Assembly: GCA_964016885.1 (NCBI GenBank)
Contig: OZ024741.1
Coordinates: forward strand, 150,164,001-150,228,000
Source: Eledone cirrhosa
Lineage: Eukaryota
Direction: 5' to 3'
Length of the DNA: 64,000 bases
The position numbers and the translations under genes were made by a program. This document shows positions 42,520-54,788 of this stretch, piece by piece. Each line of letters starts with the position of its first letter. Within the stretch, counting starts at the first letter, position 1. The notes beneath the pieces are model-generated. The model saw nothing but the letters and a program-made list of their open reading frames with translations, searched no databases and was not told the DNA's origin.

Positions 42520-43752
42520 ACAAGGAGAAAGGGAGAGCAAGGAGAAAAGGAGAGTAAGAAGAACAAAGATAAAAGGAGAACAAGGAGAGCAATAAGAAAA
42601 GGAGAGCAAGGGGAGCAAGGATAAAGGAGAACAAGGATCAATGAGAAAAGGAGCGCATGGAGAGCAATGCGTAAAAGAGAGCAACGAAAGCAACGAGAAA
42701 AGGAGAGCAAAGAGAGCAAGGAGCGAAAGGAGAAAAGGAGAGCAAGGAGAGCAATGAGGAAAGGAGAGCAAGGAGAGAAAGGATAAAAGGAGAGCAAAGA
42801 GAGCAACGAGAAAAGGAGAGAAAGGAGAGCAATGAGAAAAGGAGAGCAAGGAGAGCAAGGAGAGCAAGGAGAGCAAGGAGAGCAAGGAGAGAAATGAGAA
42901 AAGGAGAGCAAGGAGACCAAGAATAAAATGAGGGCAAGGAGCGAAAGAAGAACAAGGAGATCAACGAGAAAATGAGAGCCAGGAGAGCAAGGATAAAATG
43001 AGAGCAAGGAGAGCAATGGGAAAAGGAGAGCAAGGAGAGCAAGGAGAACAATGAGAACAAGAAGAGCAATGAGAAAAGGAGAGCAAGGAGAGAAAGGAGA
43101 GCAAGGAGAACAAGGAGAGAAAAGAGAACAAGAAGAGCAATGAGAAAAGGAGAGCAAGGTGAGCAATGAGAAAAGGAGAGCAAGGAGAGTATTGAGAAAA
43201 GGAGAGCAATGAGAAAATGAGAGCAAGGAGAGCATGGAGAACAAGGAGAGCAAGGAGAACAAGGAGAGAAAAGAGAACAAGGAGAGCAATGTGAAAAGGA
43301 GAGCAAGGTGAGCAATGAGAAAAGGAGAGCAAGGAGAGCAAGGAGAACAAGGAGAGCAATGAGAAAAGGAGAGCAAAGAGACCAAGGATAAAATGAGGGC
43401 AAGGAGCGAAAGAAGAACAAGGAGTGCAACGAGAAAATGAGAGCCAGGAGAGCAAGGATAAAATGAGAGCAAGGAGAGCAATGAGAAAAGGAGAGAAAGG
43501 AGAGCAAGGAGAGCAATGAGAACAAGAAGAGCAATAAGAAAAGGAGATCAAGGAGAGAAAGGAGAGCAAGGAGAACAAGGAGACCAAGGAGAACAAGGAG
43601 AGAAAAGAGAACAAGGAGAGCAATGTGAAAAGGAGAGCAAGGTGAGCAATGAGAAAAGGAGAGCAAGGAGAGCAACGAGAAAACGAGAGCCAGTAGAGCA
43701 AGGTTAAAAGGAGAGCAAGGAGAGCAATGAGAAAAGAAGAGCAAGGAGAGAA
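42520..43752. repeat. Purine-rich degenerate minisatellite built on GGAGAGCAA / TGAGAAAA units
   Basis: Direct reading. A second array at 47055-47560 has the same leader sequence. Confidence 0.9.
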
Positions 43753-44362
43753 ATGATGGTTGTAAAATCACTGACAAGGGACTAGTTTTATCATATGTAA
43801 CCCATGTGCAACCACGCAGTATTCTTCTTTCTTCTCATGTTTTTTATACATATTTACCTCGGCTGCGTTTGTCTGTTTCTCTCTTACTGCTCCCCCGTTC
43901 TCTCTGTTCTCTCACCTTCTTTCGCCCCCTCTGTCAGTTACACTTTCTCTCGACTGACCTCTTCCTCGCACTTCCACTCACTCACTCTCTGTTTCTCCCC
44001 TTCTCACTTCCTCCCGTTTGGCTAGTAGTGGGGTCTTTTCTTGCTCACTCACGCCGGACGGTCTGTATATCGATCGCTCATGAAATCCACCCAGCTTATG
44101 CTGACCGGATAACCATGTTGCTTGTTTTTTTCCTATCTTCGGTTTGCTTTTATCCTTCTATGTTGTTCACTTGTCTCACTCGCTTTACGCGATTCACTTG
44201 TCCCAATAGCTTTTTTTAGTTATTGCTCGCACCAACCTGAGGTATATGATTTTTAATGCGATGAAATATCAATGATGGTTGGCAAATCACTGACGAGGGA
44301 CTAATTTTATCATATGTAACCCATGTGCAGCCACGCAGTATTCTTCTTTCTTCTCATGTTTT
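43753..44362 (+). repeat. Partial tandem direct repeat (period ~519 bp)
   Basis: aatgatggttg..aaatcactgacRagggacta..ttctcatgtttt occurs at ~43753-43845 and ~44271-44362. Confidence 0.8.
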
Positions 44363-44376
44363 ATATATATATATAT

Positions 44377-45126
44377 ATACGATATTAACAAATGGAAACT
44401 ATATTTATAAAATCATTTCTATTTTATTATACATATTTCAAGGATACCATGTTAAATTATGGTATGCTTTCATCAGACAAAATACAATATATACCAGTTT
44501 TATAAATAAACATTGACGTACCCTTTCAAAATGCAACCGTTACTTTTGGAAGACATCAAGGATAGAGGATTTGTTTATTTTAGTAAGTCGTTGTGTTAAG
44601 GAGAAGGAAAAAGACGGAGAGAGAGAAAAACCGCTATCTAGCCTATTATGGGACCTAAAACGAGATAATGTTGAATATTCGCTGATTTGGAATATTATTT
44701 CAAAAGCTACTCCTTTTAATTCCTCTTCAGAAAATTGCGATCTTTGTATAGAGGAAATATTCTTTATATTAAAGACCAAAAATTCCCTAAATTTAAGGAA
44801 TAATTTATTCAGTTGCTGCAGGCATAGATTGAACTCAACGTTTAAATATAAATATAAATTTAAAATGTAGTATAATTAATTAAGTAATTTGGTTAATATA
44901 TGAAACCTGTCGATAAATCATTAGATTCCTTCACCTTTTTCATTTTCTTTGGTTAAGTACTCAAGTATAAATACATTTTCTTCCTAAATATAAATATAAA
45001 TATAATAAACTATTCTAGAGAAATATATTGAGAGCTCTTGAAAGGAGAAAATATTTCCTATTTCTTATATTTTTTATATTTTCATATTTTTCATATTTTT
45101 TTACTTTTTATATTTTTTTAAATATT

Positions 45127-45157
<31 letters not shown>

Positions 45158-46683
45158 TTTTTTATTTATTTATTTATATATTTATTTATTTTTTTATTTT
45201 TTTTATTAGGTTTGTTTTTATTTTTTATTTTTTATTAGGTTTGTTTTTATTCTGATAGCTTCTCATAATTTTCGAACGTTTATCCTTTCAATATCTTGAG
45301 TAAAATATACGTAAGATAAATTTTTATACTATTAAACATATTATTTTAACTTAAAATATTCTATAATATTTTAAAATATTTTAATATTTTAATATTTTAG
45401 AATTCTTTTGTTTTTTAAGTTATATTGATATCATTATATTTCCAAAATATAATCCTTTTGTATTTTATGTACTCAATTATACTATGTAATATATTGATGT
45501 ATACTTATCTCTATACGACTATGTATATGTGTGTATTAACATACATATACATGTGTTATATGCATTTTTATGAATATATGTCTGTCTGTATATATGCATG
45601 AGTGACGCGTGTCTACCAATTGGGTGAGGATGCACACACATGTTTATATATGTATATGTAAGAATTGTGTGTGTACATGTACATGTGTGTACATGTACAT
45701 GTGTACCCATACAATTTGATTGCAGATAGGCATAATTTAACAGCCATAAATGCATGAAAGTTAATCCTATATATTTATATATATATACTAAAATTTTTTA
45801 TTTAATAACACAAGGGATGTATAACATTAATAAAAAAATCATTTATGCTTTGTATGTATATATTATATGCGGGAGTAGATATAATGTGTATTTTCTGAGT
45901 GTGTATATATATATATTTATGTGTATTTTTGCGTATATGTACGTGCTATATGATAGGTAATTTCTCTAGCAATATATATATTTCGTAATGTTTAAATTCC
46001 AATTTTTAATATATTGATCTCAATTTTTAAACTAAATATCTAATCATAGTTAAACAATGATTAATTTCTCATATTATATATGTATATTCCATTCATGAAT
46101 ATTAATATTTCTAATTTTATTTATTCATTTCATCTCAATTGTTAACTTAACTTAATATGACATAACTTAAGGTTTTCGTTCTCTCCCCCTCTCTCTATCT
46201 CTATATTTCTCTCTCTTGATTTTTTCTCTCTGTCTGGTGGTTTGATATCTCTCTCTTGTTTTTCTCTGTTTTCTTTTTTTCTTTTTTCTTTCTTCTTTTT
46301 CTTTATTTATCTCTCCCTTTCTTTCTCTACTTTTCTCTCTCTCGGTTTTTCTCTCTCTCCGTCTTTTTCCTTCTCCTTAACACAACGACTTACTAAAATA
46401 AACAAATCCACTATTCTTGATGTCTTCCAAAAGTAACGGTTGCATTTTGAAAGGGTACGTCAATGTTTATTTATAAAACTGGTATATATTGTATTTTGTC
46501 TGATGAAAGCATACCATAATTTAACATGGTATCCTTGAAATATGTATAATAAAATAGATATGGTTTTATAAATATAGTTTCCATTTCTTAATATCGTATA
46601 TTTACTCCAAATACTTGTCGAGTGCTTTATATCAGTTATAAAAATATTTGCTTGTTGTATCCCAACAATTTAAATAGAACTTT

Positions 46684-46688
<5 letters not shown>
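44377..46688 (+). mobile_element. Severely 5'-truncated PLE with inverted pLTR
   Basis: Inverted repeat 44377-44633/46343-46599. GIY-YIG C-terminus at 44634-44870 (LIWNII..CDLCIEE..SCCRHR). (TA)n at both ends. Confidence 0.8.
46492..46556 (+). ncRNA. Type I hammerhead ribozyme (inverted copy at ~44420-44484)
   Basis: tattttgt-CTGATGA-aagcataccat..atggtatcctt-GAAA-tatgtATA-ataaaata: 8-bp stem I, AUA cleavage triplet. Confidence 0.8.
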
Positions 46689-46768
<80 letters not shown>

Positions 46769-47054
46769 CCTGAGTCAGTTTTCTCGTTGCTTTGGTCCCT
46801 GCGGCTGGTCGCAATCTTCAATTTGCAAAGCTGTCTAAACGTAATGTTATTACTCTAAGGTAAAATACCTTATTGAGTGCTTAGCTGACATTCCGATTGT
46901 TTTCGTTAGCTTAGCTGCAGCCGGAGCTTCGATTATGCTGTACTTCCATTTGTATATGATATGTATATACACACTCTCCTTACTATCCTTGCATTCATAT
47001 TTCTCCTTGCTCCCCTTTTCTCATTGTATTTGTATATAAACAAGTAGATAGATA

Positions 47055-47560
47055 CAAGGAGAAAGGGAGAGCAAGGAGTAAAGGAGAGCAAGGAGAACAA
47101 AGATAAAAGGAGAGCAAGCAGAGCAATAATAAAAGGAGAGCAAGGGGATCAAGGATAAAGGAGTACAAGGAGAGCAATAAGGAAAGGATAGCAAGGGGAG
47201 CAATGAGAAAAGGAGAGCCAGGAAAGCAAGGATAAAAGGAGAGCAAGGAGAGCAATGAGAAAAGGAGAGCAAGTAGAGCAAGGAGAGCCATGAGTAAAGG
47301 AGAGCAAAGAGAGCAAGTAGAGCAAGGAGAGCAATGAGCGAAAGGAGAAAAGGAGAGCAAGGAGAGCAAGGAGAACAAGGAGAGCAAAGAGAGCAAGGAG
47401 AACAAGGAGAACAAGGAGAGCAAGAAGAACAAGGAGAGAAATGAGAAAAGGAGAGCAAGGAGAGGAAGGAGAAAAGGAGAGCAATGAGGGGAAGGAGAAA
47501 AGGAGAGCAAGGAGAACAAGGTTAAAAGGGGAGTAAGGAGAAAAGGAGAGCAAAGAGAGG
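47055..47560. repeat. Second GGAGAGCAA-type purine minisatellite
   Basis: Same units and same 5' leader (actctccttactatccttgcattcatatttctc) as the array at 42520. Confidence 0.9.
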
Positions 47561-47564
47561 TTAA

Positions 47565-47910
47565 GGCAAATATTGCTCAAGTTATGCTGGAAGCAGACAA
47601 ATGTGAAGAAGCGGAAGTAGAAAACAATCAACTGAAGAGATACATTCTGCACCAAAATGACTTTTCTTCCTTTACAAACATCGAGTTTTCTATCAGCACC
47701 GATTTCCTCGACAAAGACCCTTCAACATGGAAAGAAGGTCCTGGTTACAAAAGTGGACTTGAAAAACTTGAGAAGACAGTTGTGAATGATGTAGCAGAAA
47801 GAGGTGTCAAACTCATTCAGGATTACAATAACATTCTCACAAAAGATGAAACTGAGAAACAATTTGTTTTACAGATCGTTACCAAAAACCGTAAAACCAA
47901 CTGCTACTAA
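47565..47910 (+). pseudogene. C-terminal fragment of a hAT-related (hATm-like) transposase
   Basis: FL..DPSTW..VVNDVAERGVKLIQDYN.ILTKDE..KQFVLQIV..NRK motif. Confidence 0.6.
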
Positions 47911-47929
47911 ATCCTCTCATGCAAAAATA

Positions 47930-48106
47930 ATTGTTTCTACAAGGCCAGCAATTACCTCAGTGTATTACTGGTACTTTATTTCATCGACCCCGTAAGGATG
48001 AAAGGCAAAGTTAACCTCGGGGGGAGTTGAACCCAGACCGTAATGGGCCGTAACTCAATGCTGCAAAGCATGGCGTCCGACCCTCTACCAATACTGTCAA
48101 TCCACC
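47930..48106 (-). mobile_element. SINE (Meta-like family)
   Basis: Reverse complement of the 7025/9005 family. Confidence 0.85.
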
Positions 48107-48147
48107 AAAGTTTTGTGGTTTATTAAGAAAATCTCATATTTTAAAAG

Positions 48148-48599
48148 TTTGTTGAGATCAAAGTAAGTGAATTTGTCACCACTTTAAAACAGTAGCTTAC
48201 GGTCATCAAAATGCTTTTAATTAAGCATAAAGTGTATTGCAAAATACATTATATATACATCCATATTGCTATTTCAGAGCTCCAATTCTAATTTTTAATT
48301 TCTGCCTGACCAACAACCGCTCCGCATAATCAGCTCCTGATTATTTACTATAAGAATATAACATCAGTGATCTCGGTAGACAGGAGGGGTAGTTAGCCTT
48401 GATAAGCTTCAACCAAAGCGAAACAAGACCTTATCGGCTTATCTCCCCTGTTTGCTGAGATCAAAGTAAGTGAATTTGTCACTACTTTAAAACAATAGCT
48501 TACGGTCTTCAAAATGCTTTTAATTAAGCATAAAGTGTATTGCAAAATACATTATATATACATCCATATATATATTGCTATTTCAGAGCTCCAATTCTA

Positions 48600-48603
<4 letters not shown>
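48148..48603 (+). repeat. Partial tandem (period 303 bp) carrying a U3-A8 hammerhead at 48380-48451
   Basis: 48148-48296 is repeated at 48451-48603. HHR reads agcc-TTGATAA-gctt(caacca)aagc-GAAA-caagacctt-ATC-ggct, with stem I extended by acaggaggggta/tatctcccctgt. Confidence 0.75.
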
Positions 48604-48648
<45 letters not shown>

Positions 48649-48665
48649 TATATATATACATATAC

Positions 48666-48772
<107 letters not shown>

Positions 48773-49632
48773 GTATAAAAATCAATACAATATAATTACC
48801 TCATTACCAGAGGTTCACCGAATGAGACGAATACGAAAGAAACGTCTTCATTCGTTCGTCAGACGAGGCAATATAAAACATGGCTAAATACTTGGAAAGT
48901 CTCATCAAGAAAAGCAAAAAAAATTATATAAATATAGACAAATGAATTACAATAGCCATATGAAATATATAAAAATCTTTCAAGAAATATAGTTAGGTGT
49001 ATGTATATGTATGTATATACGCTCGCAGTTGTACATATATGTGTATGTACAAATGTATACGTATAGTGAAAAAGTGTGCATAAATATATGTGTTAGGGCT
49101 AGTGTATCTGTGTATCTGTAAACTACAGACAGACATGATGTGGTTTTCTGTTTGGCAGGTACACAGAAATAGGGTAATAGATACATTATAAGAATATGAA
49201 GGCACGCGTATAAACACACACACACGCGCGTACACTTATATGCGGAAGTAAAAGAGGTAAGGGGGTGTAATAATTAAAAGAAAGTATCATTCTCGATATA
49301 TTTATAAAAATGGAACAATAATTTAGAAAGAAAAAATTAAAGAAAAGAAGACAAACAAGGTGCACGCGTACACACACACGTATATCTACAAGAAACGTAT
49401 ATCTATAAAAAAAAAAAATATATACACGCAAAAAACGTGCAGACAAAAGCGTATGCAAGCACATCTACACACACAGGATACACATATATACGCATATACG
49501 CCTCGCCCCATGTATACCTAATCACGCGCACGCACGCGACTGTATACACACTCGCACACACACGCACACAAAAAACACAAAAATATACATGCTTATATAC
49601 ACACGTACACTTACACATCCATACATTCGATA

Positions 49633-49701
<69 letters not shown>

Positions 49702-49817
49702 GCATATTGACCTGTTTGTATGCACACGCATAAAAATGAGGATGTAAAAAAAGGAAGAAAAAAACAAAACCAAAAAACATAGATGTAAACACGGATATAA
49801 AGACACATATACATACA

Positions 49818-52800
49818 CATAATATTTACTTGCTATACCTTATAGCGTGGAAATAGGGCTGTCTGAAGATTCATTTCTTTCCATTGGAAATTCGTTGGAT
49901 TTCCAATCTTTCGGAATGATGAAACCGTCGGTAACAGCATCTGAACAGGTGATTATTTAATCATTTTTTAATTTATTTAGAAAATTGTTTAATAACCGTT
50001 TGTTTCGCTACTTTTATATTGTTCTGGTATCTCGAATTAGTGCCATTGAACCACATGTATTATAAACAACTTGAATATTTCTACAAGTACATTGTACCTG
50101 TTGAAGTATCCATCCACTTCTATAATTTATTCTCCTTACGTAGAGAACAAAACGTTGAATAATGCCTCTAATTTTAGTGGCAATTCGACATGTTTATAAT
50201 ATCCAGCTTTTATCAGCGACCTGATTTGCGTGTGTGTCACTTTAACGGCTTGACCGCATGCGTTGGGCAGGGAGCATAATATTTACTTGCTATACCTTAT
50301 AGCGTGGAAATAGGGCTGTCTGAAGATTCATTTCTTTCCATTGGAAATTCGTTGGATTTCCAATCTTTCGGAATGATGAAACCGTCGGTAACAGCATCTG
50401 AACAGGTGATTATTTAATCATTTTTTAATTTATTTAGAAAATTGTTTAATAACCGTTTGTTTCGCTACTTTTATATTGTTCTGGTATCTCGAATTAGTGC
50501 CATTGAACCACATGTATTATAAACAACTTGAATATTTCTACAAGTACATTGTACCTGTTGAAGTATCCATCCACTTCTATAATTTATTCTCCTTACGTAG
50601 AGAACAAAACGTTGAATAATGCCGCTAATTTTAGTGGCAATTCGACATGTTTATAATATCCAGCTTTTATCAGCGACCTGATTTGTTGTGTGTCACTTTA
50701 ACGGCTTGACCGCATGCGTTGGGCAGGGAGCATAATATTTACTTGCTATACCTTATAGCGTGGAAATAGGGCTGTCTGAAGATTCATTTCTTTCCATTGG
50801 AAATTCGTTGGATTTCCAATCTTTCGGAATGATGAAACCGTCGGTAACAGCATCTGAACAGGTGATTATTTAATCATTTTTTAATTTATTTAGAAAATTG
50901 TTTAATAACCGTTTGTTTCGCTACTTTTATATTGTTCTGGTATCTCGAATTAGTGCCATTGAACCACATGTATTATAAACAACTTGAATATTTCTACAAG
51001 TACATTGTACCTGTTGAAGTATCCATCCACTTCTATAATTTATTCTCCTTACGTAGAGAACAAAACGTTGAATAATGCCGCTAATTTTAGTGGCAATTCG
51101 ACATGTTTATAATATCCAGCTTTTATCAGCGACCTGATTTGCGTGTGTGTCACTTTAACGGCTTGACCGCATGCGTTGGGCAGGGAGCATAATATTTACT
51201 TGCTATACCTTATAGCGTGGAAATAGGGCTGTCTGAAGATTCATTTCTTTCCATTGGAAATTCGTTGGATTTCCAATCTTTCGGAATGATGAAACCGTCG
51301 GTAACAGCATCTGAACAGGTGATTATTTAATCATTTTTTAATTTATTTAGAAAATTGTTTAATAACCGTTTGTTTCGCTACTTTTATATTGTTCTGGTAT
51401 CTCGAATTAGTGCCATTGAACCACATATATTATAAACAACTTGAATATTTCTACAAGTACATTGTACCTGTTGAAGTATCCATCCACTTCTATAATTTAT
51501 TCTCCTTACGTAGAGAACAAAACGTTGAATAATGCCGCTAATTTTAGTGGCAATTCGACATGTTTATAATATCCAGCTTTTATCAGCGACCTGATTTGCG
51601 TGTGTGTCACTTTAACGGCTTGACCGCATGCGTTGGGCAGGGAGCATAATATTTACTTGCTATACCTTATAGCGTGGAAATAGGGCTGTCTGAAGATTCA
51701 TTTCTTTCCATTGGAAATTCGTTGGATTTCCAATCTTTCGGAATGATGAAACCGTCGGTAACAGCATCTGAACAGGTGATTATTTAATCATTTTTTAATT
51801 TATTTAGAAAATTGTTTAATAACCGTTTGTTTCGCTACTTTTATATTGTTCTGGTATCTCGAATTAGTGCCATTGAACCACATGTATTATAAACAACTTG
51901 AATATTTCTACAAGTACATTGTACCTGTTGAAGTATCCATCCACTTCTATAATTTATTCTCCTTACGTAGAGAACAAAACGTTGAATAATGCCGCTAATT
52001 TTAGTGGCAATTCGACATGTTTATAATATCCAGCTTTTATCAGCGACCTGATTTGTTGTGTGTCACTTTAACGGCTTGACCGCATGCGTTGGGCAGGGAG
52101 CATAATATTTACTTGCTATACCTTATAGCGTGGAAATAGGGCTGTCTGAAGATTCATTTCTTTCCATTGGAAATTCGTTGGATTTCCAATCTTTCGGAAT
52201 GATGAAACCGTCGGTAACAGCATCTGAACAGGTGATTATTTAATCATTTTTTAATTTATTTAGAAAATTGTTTAATAACCGTTTGTTTCGCTACTTTTAT
52301 ATTGTTCTGGTATCTCGAATTAGTGCCATTGAACCACATGTATTATAAACAACTTGAATATTTCTACAAGTACATTGTACCTGTTGAAGTATCCATCCAC
52401 TTCTATAATTTATTCTCCTTACGTAGAGAACAAAACGTTGAATAATGCCGCTAATTTTAGTGGCAATTCGACATGTTTATAATATCCAGCTTTTATCAGC
52501 GACCTGATTTGCGTGTGTGTCACTTTAACGGCTTGACCGCATGCGTTGGGCAGGGAGCATAATATTTACTTGCTATACCTTATAGCGTGGAAATAGGGCT
52601 GTCTGAAGATTCATTTCTTTCCATTGGAAATTCGTTGGATTTCCAATCTTTCGGAATGATGAAACCGTCGGTAACAGCATCTGAACAGGTGATTATTTAA
52701 TCATTTTTTAATTTATTTAGAAAATTGTTTAATAACCGTTTGTTTCGCTACTTTTATATTGTTCTGGTATCTCGAATTAGTGCCATTGAACCACATGTAT

Positions 52801-53213
52801 TATAAACAACTTGAATATTTCTACAAGTACATTGTACCTGTTGAAGTATCCATCCACTTCTATAATTTATTCTCCTTACGTAGAGAACAAAACGTTGAAT
52901 AATGCCGCTAATTTTAGTGGCAATTCGACATGTTTATAATATCCAGCTTTTATCAGCGACCTGATTTGCGTGTGTGTCACTTTAACGGCTTGACCGCATG
53001 CGTTGGGCAGGGAGCATAATATTTACTTGCTATACCTTATAGCGTGGAAATAGGGCTGTCTGAAGATTCATTTCTTTCCATTGGAAATTCGTTGGATTTC
53101 CAATCTTTCGGAATGATGAAACCGTCGGTAACAGCATCTGAACAGGTGATTATTTAATCATTTTTTAATTTATTTAGAAAATTGTTTAATAACCGTTTGT
53201 TTCGCTACTTTTA
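49818..53213 (+). repeat. Tandem array of 7 full plus 1 partial 456/457-bp units, each with a hammerhead ribozyme (candidate retrozyme)
   Basis: Marker aatatttact starts at 49821, 50278, 50734, 51191, 51648, 52104, 52561 and 53018. Units are nearly identical and have no ORF of 60 aa or more in the track. Confidence 0.95.
49858..49938 (+). ncRNA. Type I hammerhead ribozyme, first of 8 identical copies (others start at 50315, 50771, 51228, 51685, 52141, 52598, 53055)
   Basis: gctgt-CTGAAGA-t-tcatttc..attggaaat(tcgttgg)atttccaat..ggaatga-t-GAAA-cc(gtc)g-GTA-acagc; predicted cut after 49933. Confidence 0.85.
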
Positions 53214-53542
53214 CACATATATATATATATATATATATACACGCACGCACGCGCACATACGGAGGCGCTCATGTACATATATAGAAAGTATACACACATT
53301 AAGGCGTTCAGACACATAGATACAGGGTGTAAAAAACTTGTGGATAAGTAAGTACAAATATAAAATTATAAGATTGGCTGCGAAAAAAAAAAAAAAAAAA
53401 AAAAAAATATCTGGAGTGGAAAACGCAAGTGACTAGTCTAATCAGTTAGTGAAGAAAATAGGGAAGTAAAAAGTGGAAAGTGAAGATATTAGGTAAGTGA
53501 ATCGGAGAATAAAGGGGGGGGGGGTATTGGTGGATGTGAAGT

Positions 53543-53738
53543 AAAAATAAAAATAAAAATAAAAATAAAAATAAAAATAAAAATAAAAATAAAAATAAAA
53601 ATAAAAATAAAAATAAAAATAAAAATAAAAATAAAAATAAAAATAAAAATAAAAATAAAAATAAAAATAAAAATAAAAATAAATAAAAATAAAAATAAAA
53701 ATAAAAATAAAAATAAAAATAAAAATAAAAATAAAAAT
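53543..53738. repeat. (AAAATA)n microsatellite
   Basis: Direct reading. Confidence 0.95.
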
Positions 53739-53869
53739 GAAATTAATAATAAGGTTAAAAATGAAAGTAAATCAGAAAGGGTAGTTATAAAGAGAATAAT
53801 AAGAGTTTATGGAGGATAAGTATCTGAAAGTGTGTTAAGTTTATATGAGCTGGAAAGCAGGTGTGATTT

Positions 53870-54251
53870 CATGTGTGGGAAACTGGTGAAAATTTCAGTT
53901 GTAAATCTTTTCTCTGGATGTCGAAAATTTCTGTTGTAAATCTTTTTTCTGGATGTCGAAAGGATGCGACATGTGAGTAATAATGCATTTTGAATTTGTC
54001 TTGCGTCATACCCACATATCGTTCACTGGTGGCTGGATGGTTGTTGCTGATGGTTGTCACTTTAGCCGCATATACAATGGCTTTGGTGTTGCATTTACCT
54101 TGTAATGGGCATTCACTTTTGATTCTACAGGAGCAATTTTGATGTTCTCTAGGTGATTTTTTGTTGATGATATTAGGATTTTCTTTCGTATTCGTCTCAT
54201 TCGGGAAACCTCTGGTAATGAGGTAATTATATTGTATTGATTTTTATACAT
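53870..54251 (-). pseudogene. PLE GIY-YIG remnant
   Basis: RYVGMTQDKFKMHYYSHVASFRH. Its first ~72 bp also occur inverted at 48771-48842. Confidence 0.6.
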
Positions 54252-54327
54252 TAAATTTTGCTCTGGTACTTACATAGAGCACTCTTCACTTCTATGACCT
54301 TTTCTGTTTTCAACGGAAATTTCAATA

Positions 54328-54411
<84 letters not shown>

Positions 54412-54518
54412 GATACTTGGGGAGGGTCATATTTGTGTAATATTGCCAGAATTAATAACAGAACACACGTATAACAATATTTGTTTCGACACACGATTTC
54501 ATATAAAAAACCTCACAA

Positions 54519-54581
<63 letters not shown>

Positions 54582-54735
54582 TATATATATATTAAAAAGT
54601 TAAACAAGATTCAATGAGTACATCAAAGCATGAATTTTACAATAGATTGGAAGCACTCTACACAAAAATATTTTCCAGAGTTATTAATCTTAAAATACAA
54701 ATATTAATAAAATAGATGTTCTTGTGATCAATTAA

Positions 54736-54788
54736 ATTTTATTATACATATTTCAGAGGTACAACAGTACGTCCTCATCAGATAAAAT
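54736..54788 (-). ncRNA. Type I hammerhead ribozyme in an inverted pLTR
   Basis: Minus strand: attttat-CTGATGA-ggacgtac(tgtt)gtacctct-GAAA-tatgtATA-ataaaat. Confidence 0.8.

Noticed and set aside
42487-43777. Long ORFs (up to 379 aa; CSP/LLS repeats and collagen-like GEQ)
   Set aside because: By-products of a 9-bp purine minisatellite that is open in several frames.
49818-53213. CRISPR array or 5S/snRNA/tRNA gene cluster
   Set aside because: Units are identical throughout with no unique spacers, and I recognise no 5S, snRNA or tRNA sequence.
49803-53220. acacatat as a target-site duplication of the array
   Set aside because: Low-complexity flanks make the match uninformative, and the left copy is not adjacent to the array start.
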